Below, one piece after another: positions 42,167-52,362 of a stretch of 64,000 nucleotides of DNA. Below the pieces are notes generated by a model. The model did not search any database. It was not told the DNA's origin and saw only the letters and a list, made by a program, of their open reading frames with translations. Position 1 is the first letter of the stretch; each line of letters begins with the position of its first letter. Location: the NCBI GenBank assembly GCA_021809425.1, contig JAKBAA010000006.1, forward strand, positions 1,119 to 65,118. The letters are read 5' to 3'. The stretch comes from Actinomycetes bacterium. Lineage in GTDB: Bacteria > Actinomycetota > Acidimicrobiia > Acidimicrobiales > Bog-793. The translations under genes were made by a program, and so were the position numbers.

Positions 42167-42763
42167 CTAGGGTGCGAGGCCGCCCTCGACGACCTCACGG
42201 GCGATCGCCCGCATGGTCGTGCGGCGGCGCATGGCGCTGTCACGGATGAACGTGAACGCCTCCGACTCGGACAGGGCCTGGTCGTCCATCAGGCGGCCCT
42301 TGGCCCGGTCGACCCAGCGGCGCGTCTCGAGCTGCTCCTCGAGGCCCTGCTTGTCGTCGGCCAGCGAGGCGTTCTCGGCCTCGAGCGCCTGCAGCTCGGC
42401 GAAGCGGCCGAGGGCGACCTCGATCGCCGGCAGCAGCTCCTCCTTCTGGAAGGGCTTCACCAGGTAGGCGAGGACCCCGGCGTCGCGGGCCTGCTCGACG
42501 AGGTCACGCTGGCTGAAGGCCGTCAGGACGAGGACAGCGGTGCGCGGGCCCTGCTGGATCTGGCGGGCGGCAGCCAGGCCGTCGAGCCCGGGCATCTTGA
42601 TGTCGAGCACGACGAGATCGGGCTGGAGCTGGCGGACGAGCTCGACGGCCTCGTCGCCCCGGCCGGTCTCGCCGACGACCTCGAAGCCCTCCTCCTCGAG
42701 GGTCTCCCGCAGGTCGAGCCGCACGATGGCCTCGTCCTCGGCGATCACGACCGTCCGCGCCAA
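42167..42763 (-). CDS. ANTAR-domain response regulator (PdtaR-like)
   Basis: AEDE, LDIKMP, YLVKPF, and ANTAR motif VDRAKGRLM. Confidence 0.95.
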   Translation of the reverse strand: MARTVVIAEDEAIVRLDLRETLEEEGFEVVGETGRGDEAVELVRQLQPDLVVLDIKMPGLDGLAAARQIQQGPRTAVLVLTAFSQRDLVEQARDAGVLAYLVKPFQKEELLPAIEVALGRFAELQALEAENASLADDKQGLEEQLETRRWVDRAKGRLMDDQALSESEAFTFIRDSAMRRRTTMRAIAREVVEGGLAP

Positions 42764-42880
42764 CCTGCTCCCCTTCCTGCGCCGACGGCGCGCCCTGCGG
42801 CGCCGTGGCGCCGATGCGCACAATGTAGGCCGCCCGACCGGCTCCCGGGCGAACCGCCGGGCGACGGGCGCGACGGCCGG

Positions 42881-43192
42881 TCAGGCGAGCGGCACCAGCA
42901 GGTCGTCCAGGGCGACGTCCTGGGCGGCCTCCAGCTCGGCCAGCTGCTCGCGCGCCCCTGCCAGGGCGCTGGCGGCGGCCTCCACCTCCCGCCGGGCCGC
43001 CTCGAGGGCGCGCTGGGCCCCCGGGGTCTCCGCCGCCAGGGCGCGCCGGCGGGCCTCCTCGGCGCCGCGGCGGGCGGCGTCCAGGTGGGCGCCGAGGACG
43101 CCGGCGAGCTCGCGGGCGACGGCGAGGGCGGCGTGGGCCTCGAACAGGCGGCGCTCGGCGCGCAACCGGCGCAGCTCGGGCTGGGCACGCAT
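42881..43192 (-). CDS. small coiled-coil hypothetical protein
   Basis: ATG at 43192, 6 nt after TACGAT; Ala/Glu/Arg-rich helical sequence. Confidence 0.6.
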   Translation of the reverse strand: MRAQPELRRLRAERRLFEAHAALAVARELAGVLGAHLDAARRGAEEARRRALAAETPGAQRALEAARREVEAAASALAGAREQLAELEAAQDVALDDLLVPLA

Positions 43193-43218
43193 CGGCCCAT
43201 CGTACGCTGCCGACCTGC

Positions 43219-44484
43219 TCAGCGGCTCGCGCCGGTCCCTGGTCGGCGGCCCGGCTCGACGGCGCCGGCGAGGCGACCCCCGGCGGCGGCGAGCGCCGCG
43301 GCGAGCGGGCGGCGTCCGACGCCCGGGCCCGGCGGCACCGCCAGCTCGCCGTCGACCACCACGTGCGGCTCGGTCAGGTCGCCGGCGAAGTACCGGTCGC
43401 TCCCCCCGAGGTCGCCCGGGAGGTCGAAGGCGGGCAGGGCGGCCACGGCCAGGCTGGCGGCCCGCCCGAGCCCGGTCTCGAGCATCCCGCCGAGCGCGCA
43501 CGACCACCCGAGCTGGCGGGCCCGACCGGCCAGGCGGGCGGCGGCGAGCAGGCCGCCGGAGGGGCCCGGCTTCACCACGAGGCCACGCCCGGCGCCGAGG
43601 GCCGCCGCCGCCTCCAGCTGGCCGATCGTGCGGACGGCCTCGTCGAGCAGGACCGGCGTCTCGAGATCGGCCGCCAGCCGGCCGTGGCCGACGAGGTCGT
43701 CCGGGTCGAGCGGCTGCTCGATCGCCGCCAGGCCCAACCGGTCGAGCAGGCGAAGGTCGTCGGCGTCGTCCCGGTCGTCGAGGCGGTAGGTGCCGTTGGC
43801 GTCCACCACCAGCGCAACCTCCGGCAGGGCGCGCCGCACGGCGGCCACCTGGGCGGCGTGGCGACCGGGTGCCACCTTGCACTTGAGCCGGCCGTAGCCC
43901 GCTCCGACGGCGGCGGCGGCGGCCTCGACCAGGGCGGCGGCGCTCCCCTGCAGCCCGACGGTCGCCCCGGCCGGCACCCGGTCGCGGCTGGCCCCGAGCG
44001 CGTCGGCCAGCCGGCGGCCCTCGCCGCGCAGGGCGGCGTCCACCACCGCCATCTCGAGCGCCGCCTTGGCCATCCGGTGCCCCCGTACCGGCGCCATCGC
44101 CGCCAGCGCCGCCTCGGCGCTCTCGAGCGCCGTCACCGCCCCGGCCAGCCGGGCGTCGGCCAGGACCCTCGGCGCCAGGTGGTCGAGCAGCACCGGGACG
44201 ACGCCGGCGGCGTGCTCCTCGCTGTAGGCCGGCTCCGCCAGCGCCACGCACTCGCCCCACCCCTCGCCCGCACCGCCCGTGCCGAACGCCCCGGCGGCCC
44301 CAATAGCCGGGTCGGCCCCGATCGCCGGGTCGGCCCCGATAGCCCCGTCCCACCCGGCCGCCGCATCTGCGACGAGCACCCGGACGAGCACCACCGGGCG
44401 GCGTGCCTCTGCGCCGAGGCCGGTGGCGAGGGGGTGGCGGAGGGTGAGCTGGGCGACGTGCACCTCGATCCGGTCGATCTGCAC
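43219..44484 (-). CDS. menC: o-succinylbenzoate synthase / N-acylamino acid racemase (enolase superfamily)
   Basis: GWGECVA..EPAYSEE, AKAALEMA, KCK, VDANG, IEQPL, GGMLETG. Confidence 0.85.
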   Translation of the reverse strand: MQIDRIEVHVAQLTLRHPLATGLGAEARRPVVLVRVLVADAAAGWDGAIGADPAIGADPAIGAAGAFGTGGAGEGWGECVALAEPAYSEEHAAGVVPVLLDHLAPRVLADARLAGAVTALESAEAALAAMAPVRGHRMAKAALEMAVVDAALRGEGRRLADALGASRDRVPAGATVGLQGSAAALVEAAAAAVGAGYGRLKCKVAPGRHAAQVAAVRRALPEVALVVDANGTYRLDDRDDADDLRLLDRLGLAAIEQPLDPDDLVGHGRLAADLETPVLLDEAVRTIGQLEAAAALGAGRGLVVKPGPSGGLLAAARLAGRARQLGWSCALGGMLETGLGRAASLAVAALPAFDLPGDLGGSDRYFAGDLTEPHVVVDGELAVPPGPGVGRRPLAAALAAAGGRLAGAVEPGRRPGTGASR

Positions 44485-44597
44485 GCCCGATGCTTAGCCG
44501 GCGCACCGGAGCCATGCCGGCGGCGCCCGGCGCGGGTAGCCTGCCGGGGGCCGCCGTGCGCGGCCCGGCTCGGCGGCGGTGCAACGGCCGGCGGCGG

Positions 44598-44680
44598 GCC
44601 CGGATGGCGGAACGGCAGACGCGGCGGCCTCAAAAGCCGCTGTCCGAGAGGGCGTGCGGGTTCGAGTCCCGCTCCGGGCA
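44598..44680 (+). tRNA. tRNA-Leu(CAA)
   Basis: GCCCGGA/TCCGGGC acceptor stem, GCGGC-CT-CAA-AA-GCCGC anticodon arm, long variable arm, GGTTCGA. Confidence 0.97.
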
Positions 44681-44795
44681 CGGGACCGGCGAGTGGCCGG
44701 TGGCTGTAACCGGCGGCGGTCGTGCCGGGTCGAACCCGTAGGGGTTGCGACAGATGGGCGGCCGCGCACGAGCGGGACGCGAAAGGGGCAGTTGG

Positions 44796-46055
44796 TTGCT
44801 GGCGTTCACCTTCCCGGGGCAAGGCTCCCAGCGGCCGGCGATGGGGGCGAGCTGGACCGGGCACGAGTCGTTCGAGCTCGTCACCCACGCCAGCGAGGTC
44901 GTCGGCCTCGACGTCGCCGCGCTGCTGCTCGAGGCAGACCAGGAGACGCTCACCCGGACGGCGAACGCCCAGCTGGCCACGTTCGTGACGAGCCTCGTGG
45001 TGCTCGACGCCGCCGAGCGGCTCGGGCTGGAGCCGGCCGCCTGCGCCGGGCACAGCCTGGGCGAGTACACCGCCCTCGTCGCCACCGGGGCGCTCACCTA
45101 CGAGGACGGCCTGCGCCTCGTGTGGGAGCGCGGCGCCGCCATGCAGGACGCCGCCGACCAGCGCGCCGGCACCATGATGGCGGTGCTCGGGCTCGATGAC
45201 GACGACGTGGCCGCCGCCTGCCAGCGGAGCGAGGGCGAGGCGTGGGTGGCCAACTACAACGCCCCCGGCCAGGTGGTGATCGCCGGCGACCCGGCCGCCC
45301 TGGCGGAGGTGGCCGAGATCGCGAGGTCGCTCGGGGCGAAGCGGGTGCTGGCGTTCCCGGTCGGGGGGGCCTTCCACACGCCGTTCATGACACCGGCCCG
45401 CGACCGGCTGCGCAAGGCGCTCGCCACCGTCACCTTCCACCCGGCCGAGCCGGTCGTGGTCGCCAACGTCGACGCCCGCCCGCATCCCGAGCCGGACGAC
45501 TGGCCCGGGCTGCTGTCGGCCCAGCTGTGCGGCCCGGTGCGGTGGCGCCAGAGCCTCGCCACGCTGCACGGGGCCGGTGCCCGCACCTTCGTCGAGCTGG
45601 GACCGGGCGGGGTGCTGACCGGGCTCGTCAAGCGGGCGCTGCCCCCCGACGGGGTGACCGCCGTGTCGGTCGCCACGCCGGCCGACCTCGAGGGGCTGGT
45701 CGAGCGGCTAGCCGGCGCTGCGGCGGCGACGGGACGGGAGACGGCGCACGACAACGAGCGGTTCCTCATGACCGAGCGGCTCATCGTGGCGCCGGCTACC
45801 GGCCGGTTCCGGCCGGAGCCGGCGTTCGCTGCGGCGACGCCCCAGCTGCCGACCCGCCGCGACCGGGATGGCGACACCGCGGCCGCGCCGGCGGGACAGC
45901 TCCAGGTGGCGGTCGGCGACCGGGTCGGGTGGGCGGGCGAGGCCGAGATACGCTCCGCCTTCGCCGGGAGCCTCGAGGGCCTGCTCGTCCTCCCCGGCGA
46001 GCGTGTGGTCCCCGGCCAGCCGGTGGCCTGGCTGCGAGCGAGCGAGGAGCGCTGA
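44796..46055 (+). CDS. fabD: malonyl-CoA:ACP transacylase with C-terminal biotinyl/lipoyl-like extension
   Basis: FPGQGSQ, GHSLGEY, GAFH, ELGPG, plus about 110 extra C-terminal residues. Confidence 0.93.
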   Translation: MLAFTFPGQGSQRPAMGASWTGHESFELVTHASEVVGLDVAALLLEADQETLTRTANAQLATFVTSLVVLDAAERLGLEPAACAGHSLGEYTALVATGALTYEDGLRLVWERGAAMQDAADQRAGTMMAVLGLDDDDVAAACQRSEGEAWVANYNAPGQVVIAGDPAALAEVAEIARSLGAKRVLAFPVGGAFHTPFMTPARDRLRKALATVTFHPAEPVVVANVDARPHPEPDDWPGLLSAQLCGPVRWRQSLATLHGAGARTFVELGPGGVLTGLVKRALPPDGVTAVSVATPADLEGLVERLAGAAAATGRETAHDNERFLMTERLIVAPATGRFRPEPAFAAATPQLPTRRDRDGDTAAAPAGQLQVAVGDRVGWAGEAEIRSAFAGSLEGLLVLPGERVVPGQPVAWLRASEER

Positions 46056-46999
46056 TGGGCATCGCCATCACCGGCTGGGGCACCGCCCTGCCGGACAAGG
46101 TCGTGACGAACGCCGACCTCGAGGTGCGCCTCGACACGTCCGACCAGTGGATCGTCGACCGGACCGGCATCCGGGAGCGGCGGGTCGGCGGCACGACCAG
46201 CGCCCTCGCCATCGAGGCCTGCGAGCGGGCCCTCGTGCGGGCAGGTCGCTCGGGCGACGACGTCGGCCTCGTGGTGCTCGCCACCACGACCCCCGACCAG
46301 ACCATCCCGGCCTCGTCGGCGTCGATCCACCACGCCCTCGGCTGCCGGGGCGGGGCGTTCGACCTGAACGCCGCGTGCGCAGGGTTCGTGTACGCCCTCG
46401 TCACCGTCGACGCCCTCCTCCAGAAGGGTGGCGGGCGGGCGCTCGTGGTCGGCACCGACACGCTGTCACGGGTCACCGACCACGACGACCGCTCGACGGC
46501 CATCCTGTTCGGCGACGGCTCGGGCGCCGTGCTGCTCGACGCCGAGGCCGGCGGGGCGGGGCCGCTCGTGCTCGGAGCCGACCTCGGCGTGGACGGGTCG
46601 GCCGCCGGGCTGCTGTTCGCCGAGGTGGGTGGCACCATCCAGATGGAAGGTCGCGAGGTCTTCCGCCGTGCGGTGCGGGCCGAGATCGACTCGATCACGA
46701 AGGTGCTCGACACCTGCGGGATCACCCCGGACGACCTGGCCCTGTTCGTGCCGCACCAGGCCAACGTGCGGATCATCGACGCCGTCAACGAGCGGCTCGG
46801 CTTCCCGTCGGAGCGCACGGCGCTGGTGCTCGAGCGCACCGGCAACACCTCGGCCGCCTCGATCCCGCTCGCCCTGTGCGAGGCGGCCGACGCCGGCCGG
46901 CTTCGCGACGGCGACCTCGTCCTGCTCTCCGGGTTCGGCGCCGGGATGACCTGGGCCTCGGCGGTCATCCGCTGGGGCACCGCCGCTCCGGCTCGATGA
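46055..46999 (+). CDS. fabH: beta-ketoacyl-ACP synthase III
   Basis: RTGIRERR, AACAG, HQAN, GNTSAAS, GFGAG. Confidence 0.96.
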   Translation: MGIAITGWGTALPDKVVTNADLEVRLDTSDQWIVDRTGIRERRVGGTTSALAIEACERALVRAGRSGDDVGLVVLATTTPDQTIPASSASIHHALGCRGGAFDLNAACAGFVYALVTVDALLQKGGGRALVVGTDTLSRVTDHDDRSTAILFGDGSGAVLLDAEAGGAGPLVLGADLGVDGSAAGLLFAEVGGTIQMEGREVFRRAVRAEIDSITKVLDTCGITPDDLALFVPHQANVRIIDAVNERLGFPSERTALVLERTGNTSAASIPLALCEAADAGRLRDGDLVLLSGFGAGMTWASAVIRWGTAAPAR

Positions 47000-47724
47000 G
47001 CGGGCGCGTCGCCCTCGTCACGGGCGGGTCGCGCGGCATCGGGCTGGCCTGCGCCCGGTGGCTCCAGGCGGCCGGCGACCGGGTGGCCGTGACCTACCGG
47101 ACCAAGCCGCCCGAGGTCGACGGGCAGGACGGGACGGCACCGCTGCTCCCGGTGGCCTGCGACGTCACCGCTCCCGACGAGGTCGAGGCGGCCTTCGCCC
47201 AGGTGGAGGAGCGGCTCGGCAAGGTCGAGGTGCTGGTGTGCGCCGCCGGCATCGCCGACGACGGGCTGCTGCTGCGCATGAGCGACGCCCAGTGGGACGC
47301 CGTGGTCGACACCAACCTGACCGGCTGCTTCCGGGTCGTCCGTCGGGCGCTCCCGGGGATGGTGCGCGCCCGCTCCGGCCGGATCGTGCTGGTGTCGTCG
47401 GTTGTCGCCCTGCTCGGCAACGCCGGCCAGGCCAACTACTCGGCAGCCAAGGCCGGCCTCATCGGCTTCGCCCGGTCGGCCGCCCGCGAGGTGGCGTCGC
47501 GTTCGGTGACCGTCAACGTGGTGGCGCCCGGCCTGATCGACACCGATATGCTCTCGGCGCTCGGCGACGAGCGCACGGCGGCCTTCGCCGAGCGGGTTCC
47601 GCTCGGCAGGATCGGCACGCCCGACGAGGTGGCGGCCGTCGTCGGCCTGCTCTGCTCGCCCGAAGCCTCCTATGTCACGGGGGCCGTCGTCCCCGTCGAC
47701 GGCGGCCTCGGCATGGGACACTGA
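46996..47724 (+). CDS. fabG: 3-oxoacyl-ACP reductase
   Basis: TGGSRGIG, NYSAAK, VDGG. Confidence 0.95.
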   Translation: MSGRVALVTGGSRGIGLACARWLQAAGDRVAVTYRTKPPEVDGQDGTAPLLPVACDVTAPDEVEAAFAQVEERLGKVEVLVCAAGIADDGLLLRMSDAQWDAVVDTNLTGCFRVVRRALPGMVRARSGRIVLVSSVVALLGNAGQANYSAAKAGLIGFARSAAREVASRSVTVNVVAPGLIDTDMLSALGDERTAAFAERVPLGRIGTPDEVAAVVGLLCSPEASYVTGAVVPVDGGLGMGH

Positions 47725-47804
47725 CAGCCGCTGGGCCGGCCCGACCGGCCCGCGACACGCCCGGGGGCAACGGCGCCGCCGGCACGACAAGGAGAACCAA
47801 CAAG

Positions 47805-48041
47805 GTGGCAGACGACACGTTCGAGAAGTTCCGTGCCTGCGCGGTCGACGTGCTGCAGGTGCCGGCCGAGAAGGTCGTGCCCGAGGCGACCTTCGCCGGT
47901 GACCTCGACGCCGACAGCCTGGACCTCGTGGAGTTCGTGATGGCCCTCGAGGAGGCCTTCGAGATCACCGTCGACGAGGCCGAGCTGCAGGGTGTCGAGA
48001 CGGTCGGCCAGGCGTACGAGCTCGTGACCAACAAGCTCTGA
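47805..48041 (+). CDS. acpP: acyl carrier protein
   Basis: DLDADSLDLVE; AAGGAG RBS. Confidence 0.95.
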   Translation: MADDTFEKFRACAVDVLQVPAEKVVPEATFAGDLDADSLDLVEFVMALEEAFEITVDEAELQGVETVGQAYELVTNKL

Positions 48042-49240
48042 TGGCCGAGCCCTTCCCGAAGCGGCGCGTCGCGGTCACCGGCCTCGGCATCCTCTCGTGC
48101 TGCGGGTCCGGCCTCGACGCCTTCTTCGGGGGGCTCTGCGGCCCGGCTCCGGCCGGGCCGCACACCGTCGTCGGCTACGACCCGACCGCCTACTTCGACG
48201 CGAAGGAGGCCCGCCAGACCGACCGCTTCGCCCAGCTGTCCATTGCCTCGGCAGCGATGGCCCTCGACGACGCCGGCGAGGTCGGCACCGACCCGCTGCG
48301 CTCCGGCGTCGTGTACGGCACCGGCGTCGGGGGGCTCGAGACGCTCCAGGAGCAGATCGGCGCCCTCATCGAGAAGGGGCCGCGGCGGGTCTCGCCGCGG
48401 CTCGTTCCGATGATGATGGCCAACGCCGGGGCCGCCGGCATCTCGATGCGCTTCGGCTGGACCGGCCCGTGCGAGACGGTCGTGACGGCGTGCGCCGCCG
48501 GCGCCCACTCGATCGGCAACGCCTACCGGCTCATCGCCTACGGGCGCTGCGACGCCGTCATCGCGGGCGGCGCCGAGGCGGCGATGACCCCGGTCGGCGG
48601 CCGGCCGGCCGTCGGGGAGGTGGCGTTCGCCAACATGACGGCGCTGTCGACGAGCGGCGTCTCGCGCCCCTTCGACCGCCGGCGCGACGGGTTCGTCCTC
48701 GCCGAGGGGGCGGCCACCCTCGTGCTCGAGGAGCTGGAGCACGCCCGGGCCCGGGGCGCACGGATCTACGCCGAGCTGCTCGGCGCCGCCTCGACGGCCG
48801 ACGCCCACCACATCACGGCCCCCTCCCCCGACGGGACCGGCGCCGTCGCCTGCATGGAGCTCGCCCTCGCCGATGCCGGGCTGTCGCCGGGCGAGGTGGC
48901 CCACGTGAACGCCCACGGCACCTCGACCCCGCTCAACGACCTGGCCGAGGCGCAGGCCATCCGCAAGGTCTTCGGCGCCTCCGCACCGCCGGTGACCTCG
49001 ATCAAGGGCGTCACCGGGCACGCCCTCGGTGCCGCCGGGGCGATCGAGGCGGTGGCGGTGGCCCTCACGATCGACCGCCGCCTCATCCCGCCGACCGCCG
49101 GCCTCGAGGAGGTCGACCCGGAGATCGAGCTCGACCTCGTGCGCCAGCCACGCCCGTTCCAGCCGGGTCCGGTGCTGTCCAACAACTTCGGGTTCGGCGG
49201 GCACAACGGGTGCCTCGTCCTCGGCCCGGTCGCACCCTGA
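48041..49240 (+). CDS. fabF: beta-ketoacyl-ACP synthase II
   Basis: TACAAG, HGTST, GHALGAAG, FGFGG. Confidence 0.95.
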   Translation: MAEPFPKRRVAVTGLGILSCCGSGLDAFFGGLCGPAPAGPHTVVGYDPTAYFDAKEARQTDRFAQLSIASAAMALDDAGEVGTDPLRSGVVYGTGVGGLETLQEQIGALIEKGPRRVSPRLVPMMMANAGAAGISMRFGWTGPCETVVTACAAGAHSIGNAYRLIAYGRCDAVIAGGAEAAMTPVGGRPAVGEVAFANMTALSTSGVSRPFDRRRDGFVLAEGAATLVLEELEHARARGARIYAELLGAASTADAHHITAPSPDGTGAVACMELALADAGLSPGEVAHVNAHGTSTPLNDLAEAQAIRKVFGASAPPVTSIKGVTGHALGAAGAIEAVAVALTIDRRLIPPTAGLEEVDPEIELDLVRQPRPFQPGPVLSNNFGFGGHNGCLVLGPVAP

Positions 49241-50835
49241 CGGGCGCCACCGACCGCCCGGGCGACGCCGGGGACCTCGCCGTCGGCGCCTTCCGGGAGG
49301 ACGGGCCGTGGCTCGTCGAGCCCGACCGGCTCCGCTGGCGGGTCGGCCTGGCGGAGGTCCGCCGGCACACCCATGCCGAGGTGCCGGGCCTCATCCGCCG
49401 GCGCCGCCTGCCGCCGGCGCGGCGCATGGCGACGGTCTCCTGGCACATCGGCCTGGCCCTCGCCGGCTGGTACCTGCGCGACCGGCGCTGCGGGCGGGAG
49501 CGCTCCCGCGCCGGCCTGTCGCGGCGGCTGCGGCGTGCCTTCCAGGCACTTGGCCCCACCTACATCAAGCTCGGCCAGGTCCTCTCCTCGGGCGAGGGCA
49601 TCTTCCCGCCCGAGCTGGTCGCCGAGTTCAAGCTGCTCCGCGACCGGGTGCCGGCCGAGGACTTCGCCACCGTGCGGGCCACCGTCGAGGCCGATCTCGG
49701 TCGGCGCCTCGAGGAGGTGTTCGCCTTCTTCGACCCGACCCCGCTCGCCGCCGCCTCCATCGCCCAGGTCCACCCGGCGCGCCTGGCCGACGGCACCGAC
49801 GTCGTCGTCAAGGTCCAGCGCCCACGCGTCGCCCAGCTCGTGCGGGACGACCTCGCCGCCATGAGCTACCTCGCGCCCCACCTGGTCGGCCGCATCCCGA
49901 TCGCCGTGCTGGCCAACCCGCCGGCCCTCATCGAGCTGTTCGCCGAGACCATCGTCGAGGAGCTCGACTTCCGCCTCGAGGCGGAGAACATGCTGGACAT
50001 CGCCGGCATCCTCGTCCGGACCGGGCAGCGGGCGATCGTCGTGCCCCGCCCGCACCCCCGCCTCGTCACCCCGCGCGTCCTCGTCATGGAGCGGCTCGAC
50101 GGCTTCGCCTGGGACGAGGTCGGGGCCATGCGGGCGGCCGGCATCGACACCGAGGCGGTCCTGCGGGCCGGGGTCGTCTCCTTCCTCGAGGGTGCCCTCC
50201 TCTACGGGGTGTTCCACGGCGACCTGCACGGCGGCAACCTGTTCGTCCAGCGCGACGGGCGGGTGGCCCTGCTCGACTTCGGGATCACCGGCCGCCTCGA
50301 CGAGACCCGCCGCCTCGCCTTCCTGCGCCTCGTGATGGGCGGCACCATGAACGACGTCCGCTCCCAGGTGGTCGCCCTACAGGCCCTCGGCGCCCTCCGC
50401 CCCGACGCCGACGTCGACCAGGTGATCGCCGACCTCCACCTCGACGCCGCGCCGACCGACGTCACCCAGCTGACCGCCGAGGAGCTCACGGCGCAGCTGC
50501 GAGACCTCACGCGCCAGCTCCTCGCCTACGGGGCGAAGCTGCCGAAGGAGCTCATGCTGTTCGTCAAGGACATCCTGTTCCTCGACGGCGCCGTCGCCGC
50601 CTTCGCCCCCGACGTCGACCTGCTCGGCGAGATCGCCGGGATCGCCACCTACTTCGCCAGCCGCCACGGCGGCCGGATCGCCGACGACATCGGGGTGGAC
50701 CCCCGCCAGCAGGCCGTCGACCTCGACGGCGTGCGGTCGTCGCTCGGTGTCGGCAGCGACATCGAGCGCCTCAGCTACCGGGACCTCCAGGAACGGCGGG
50801 CCACCCTGCGCCGCAAGCTCGGCCCGGACCGGTGA
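49237..50835 (+). CDS. ABC1/UbiB/AarF atypical kinase (probable CTG start)
   Basis: [43 protein letters not shown]. Confidence 0.92.
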   Translation: MTGATDRPGDAGDLAVGAFREDGPWLVEPDRLRWRVGLAEVRRHTHAEVPGLIRRRRLPPARRMATVSWHIGLALAGWYLRDRRCGRERSRAGLSRRLRRAFQALGPTYIKLGQVLSSGEGIFPPELVAEFKLLRDRVPAEDFATVRATVEADLGRRLEEVFAFFDPTPLAAASIAQVHPARLADGTDVVVKVQRPRVAQLVRDDLAAMSYLAPHLVGRIPIAVLANPPALIELFAETIVEELDFRLEAENMLDIAGILVRTGQRAIVVPRPHPRLVTPRVLVMERLDGFAWDEVGAMRAAGIDTEAVLRAGVVSFLEGALLYGVFHGDLHGGNLFVQRDGRVALLDFGITGRLDETRRLAFLRLVMGGTMNDVRSQVVALQALGALRPDADVDQVIADLHLDAAPTDVTQLTAEELTAQLRDLTRQLLAYGAKLPKELMLFVKDILFLDGAVAAFAPDVDLLGEIAGIATYFASRHGGRIADDIGVDPRQQAVDLDGVRSSLGVGSDIERLSYRDLQERRATLRRKLGPDR

Positions 50836-51866
50836 CCGATGACCAGGCCGGCGACCCGGCCGGCGACCCGCCGCCGGCACCGGCCCGGACCGCCACCCGG
50901 TTGCGCCGTGGCCGGTGCCGCGGCGCGCTCGGTGCCGCCGTCGCCGCCATGGCGATCCTGGTCGGCACCGTCGCCACCCCGGCCGAGGTGGGCACGGCCA
51001 CCGGGGCGGCGCCCCCGACCGGCGGCATCCTGCTCGCCCTCGGGGACTCGCTGGCCGCCGGCTACCAGCCGACCGACGGCCGCCGGCTGCCGCCCACGAG
51101 CCCGTCGAGCGGGCTACCCGACCAGGGCTACCCGGGCGGCTACGCCCGCGCCGTGGCGGCCGCCGAGCACCTCCACCTCGTCGACCTCGCCTGCCCGGGC
51201 GAGACCACCGCCAGCTTCGCCGGCCGGCCGGCCCAGCCGGCCTGCGCCACCCTCTACCGCGCCGCCACCGGCGCCCGGTCCCAGCTCGGCGCCGCGCTCG
51301 CCTTCCTGGCCACCCACCGCGGCACCGTCCGGCTCGTCACGATCGACCTCGGGGCGAACGACGTCGTCGGCTGCCAGTCCGGGAGCACCGTGTCGCTCTC
51401 CTGCGTACGCGCCACCACCGTGCGCGTCCGGGCGCGCCTCGACCACGACCTCGCCCGCCTCGCCGCCGCCCTCCACGCCGACGACCCGACCGCCCGGCTC
51501 GCCGGCATGACCTACTACGACCCGTTCCTCGCCCTCGCCTACCAGCCGGGCGGGCTGGCCGGGCTGGCCGAGGCGGCGTTCAGCCTCGCCGCCGTGGGCA
51601 CCTTCGATGCCGCCCTCACCACCGTGTACCGGGCGCACGGTGCCGTCGTCGCCGACGTCGCCGGCGCCTTCGACACGGGCAGGTCGCGCCCGGTCGAGAC
51701 CTACCGGGGGGTCCGCCTCGCCCTCGACGCGGCCGTCGTCTGCCGGCTCACCTGGATGTGCCCCCTCCCCCACCACGCCACGCCGGACATCCACCCGACG
51801 ACCGCCGGCTACGCCCGCATCGCCGCCGCCTTCGTGGCCGCCCTCCGGCGCGCACCCGCCCGCTAG
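50832..51866 (+). CDS. secreted SGNH/GDSL hydrolase
   Basis: ALGDSLAAG, LGAND, DIHP; hydrophobic N-terminal segment. Confidence 0.88.
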   Translation: MTDDQAGDPAGDPPPAPARTATRLRRGRCRGALGAAVAAMAILVGTVATPAEVGTATGAAPPTGGILLALGDSLAAGYQPTDGRRLPPTSPSSGLPDQGYPGGYARAVAAAEHLHLVDLACPGETTASFAGRPAQPACATLYRAATGARSQLGAALAFLATHRGTVRLVTIDLGANDVVGCQSGSTVSLSCVRATTVRVRARLDHDLARLAAALHADDPTARLAGMTYYDPFLALAYQPGGLAGLAEAAFSLAAVGTFDAALTTVYRAHGAVVADVAGAFDTGRSRPVETYRGVRLALDAAVVCRLTWMCPLPHHATPDIHPTTAGYARIAAAFVAALRRAPAR

Positions 51867-51970
51867 CCTTCCTTCCGGCCCGGGCCGTCTCGGGAGCCCC
51901 GCTCCCCTCGTCTGCTGCGCAGCGTCCCCCGCCCTGTCGGAGGAACCTGCGCCCTCCGAAGGAGCGTTCC

Positions 51971-52342
51971 GTGTCCTTGCATCCCGACCTCGTCGCGGTG
52001 GAGACCCTCCGAGCCCACCTCCCGTCCTTCGCCGGGCCGTACCTCGAGCTCGCCGCCGACTACGGCGAGGACCTCACCGCCCAGGTGGTCTTCCACGAGC
52101 TCGCCGATCTCGTGGCGGCGGCGCTGCGCACCGGGACCCACGAGCGGTTCCTCGAGGAGGCCTTCGACGCCCTCGAGCACGTCGCCGCCCTCGAGCGGGC
52201 CGACGCCGTCGAGGCGGTCGGGCTCTGCTTCCTCGGCGCCCTCCCGGACGAGGTGCTGGCGCTCGCCGACACCTACCTCGGGCCACGAACCGAGGCCATG
52301 CTCGACGCGCTGCTCGAGGGGACGCTCGACCTGGAGGGCTGA
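51971..52342 (+). CDS. small acidic helical hypothetical protein
   Basis: GAAGGAG RBS then GTG at 51971; strong coding-like codon bias. Confidence 0.7.
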   Translation: MSLHPDLVAVETLRAHLPSFAGPYLELAADYGEDLTAQVVFHELADLVAAALRTGTHERFLEEAFDALEHVAALERADAVEAVGLCFLGALPDEVLALADTYLGPRTEAMLDALLEGTLDLEG

Positions 52343-52362
52343 AGCCGGCGGTCGCCCTCGCG

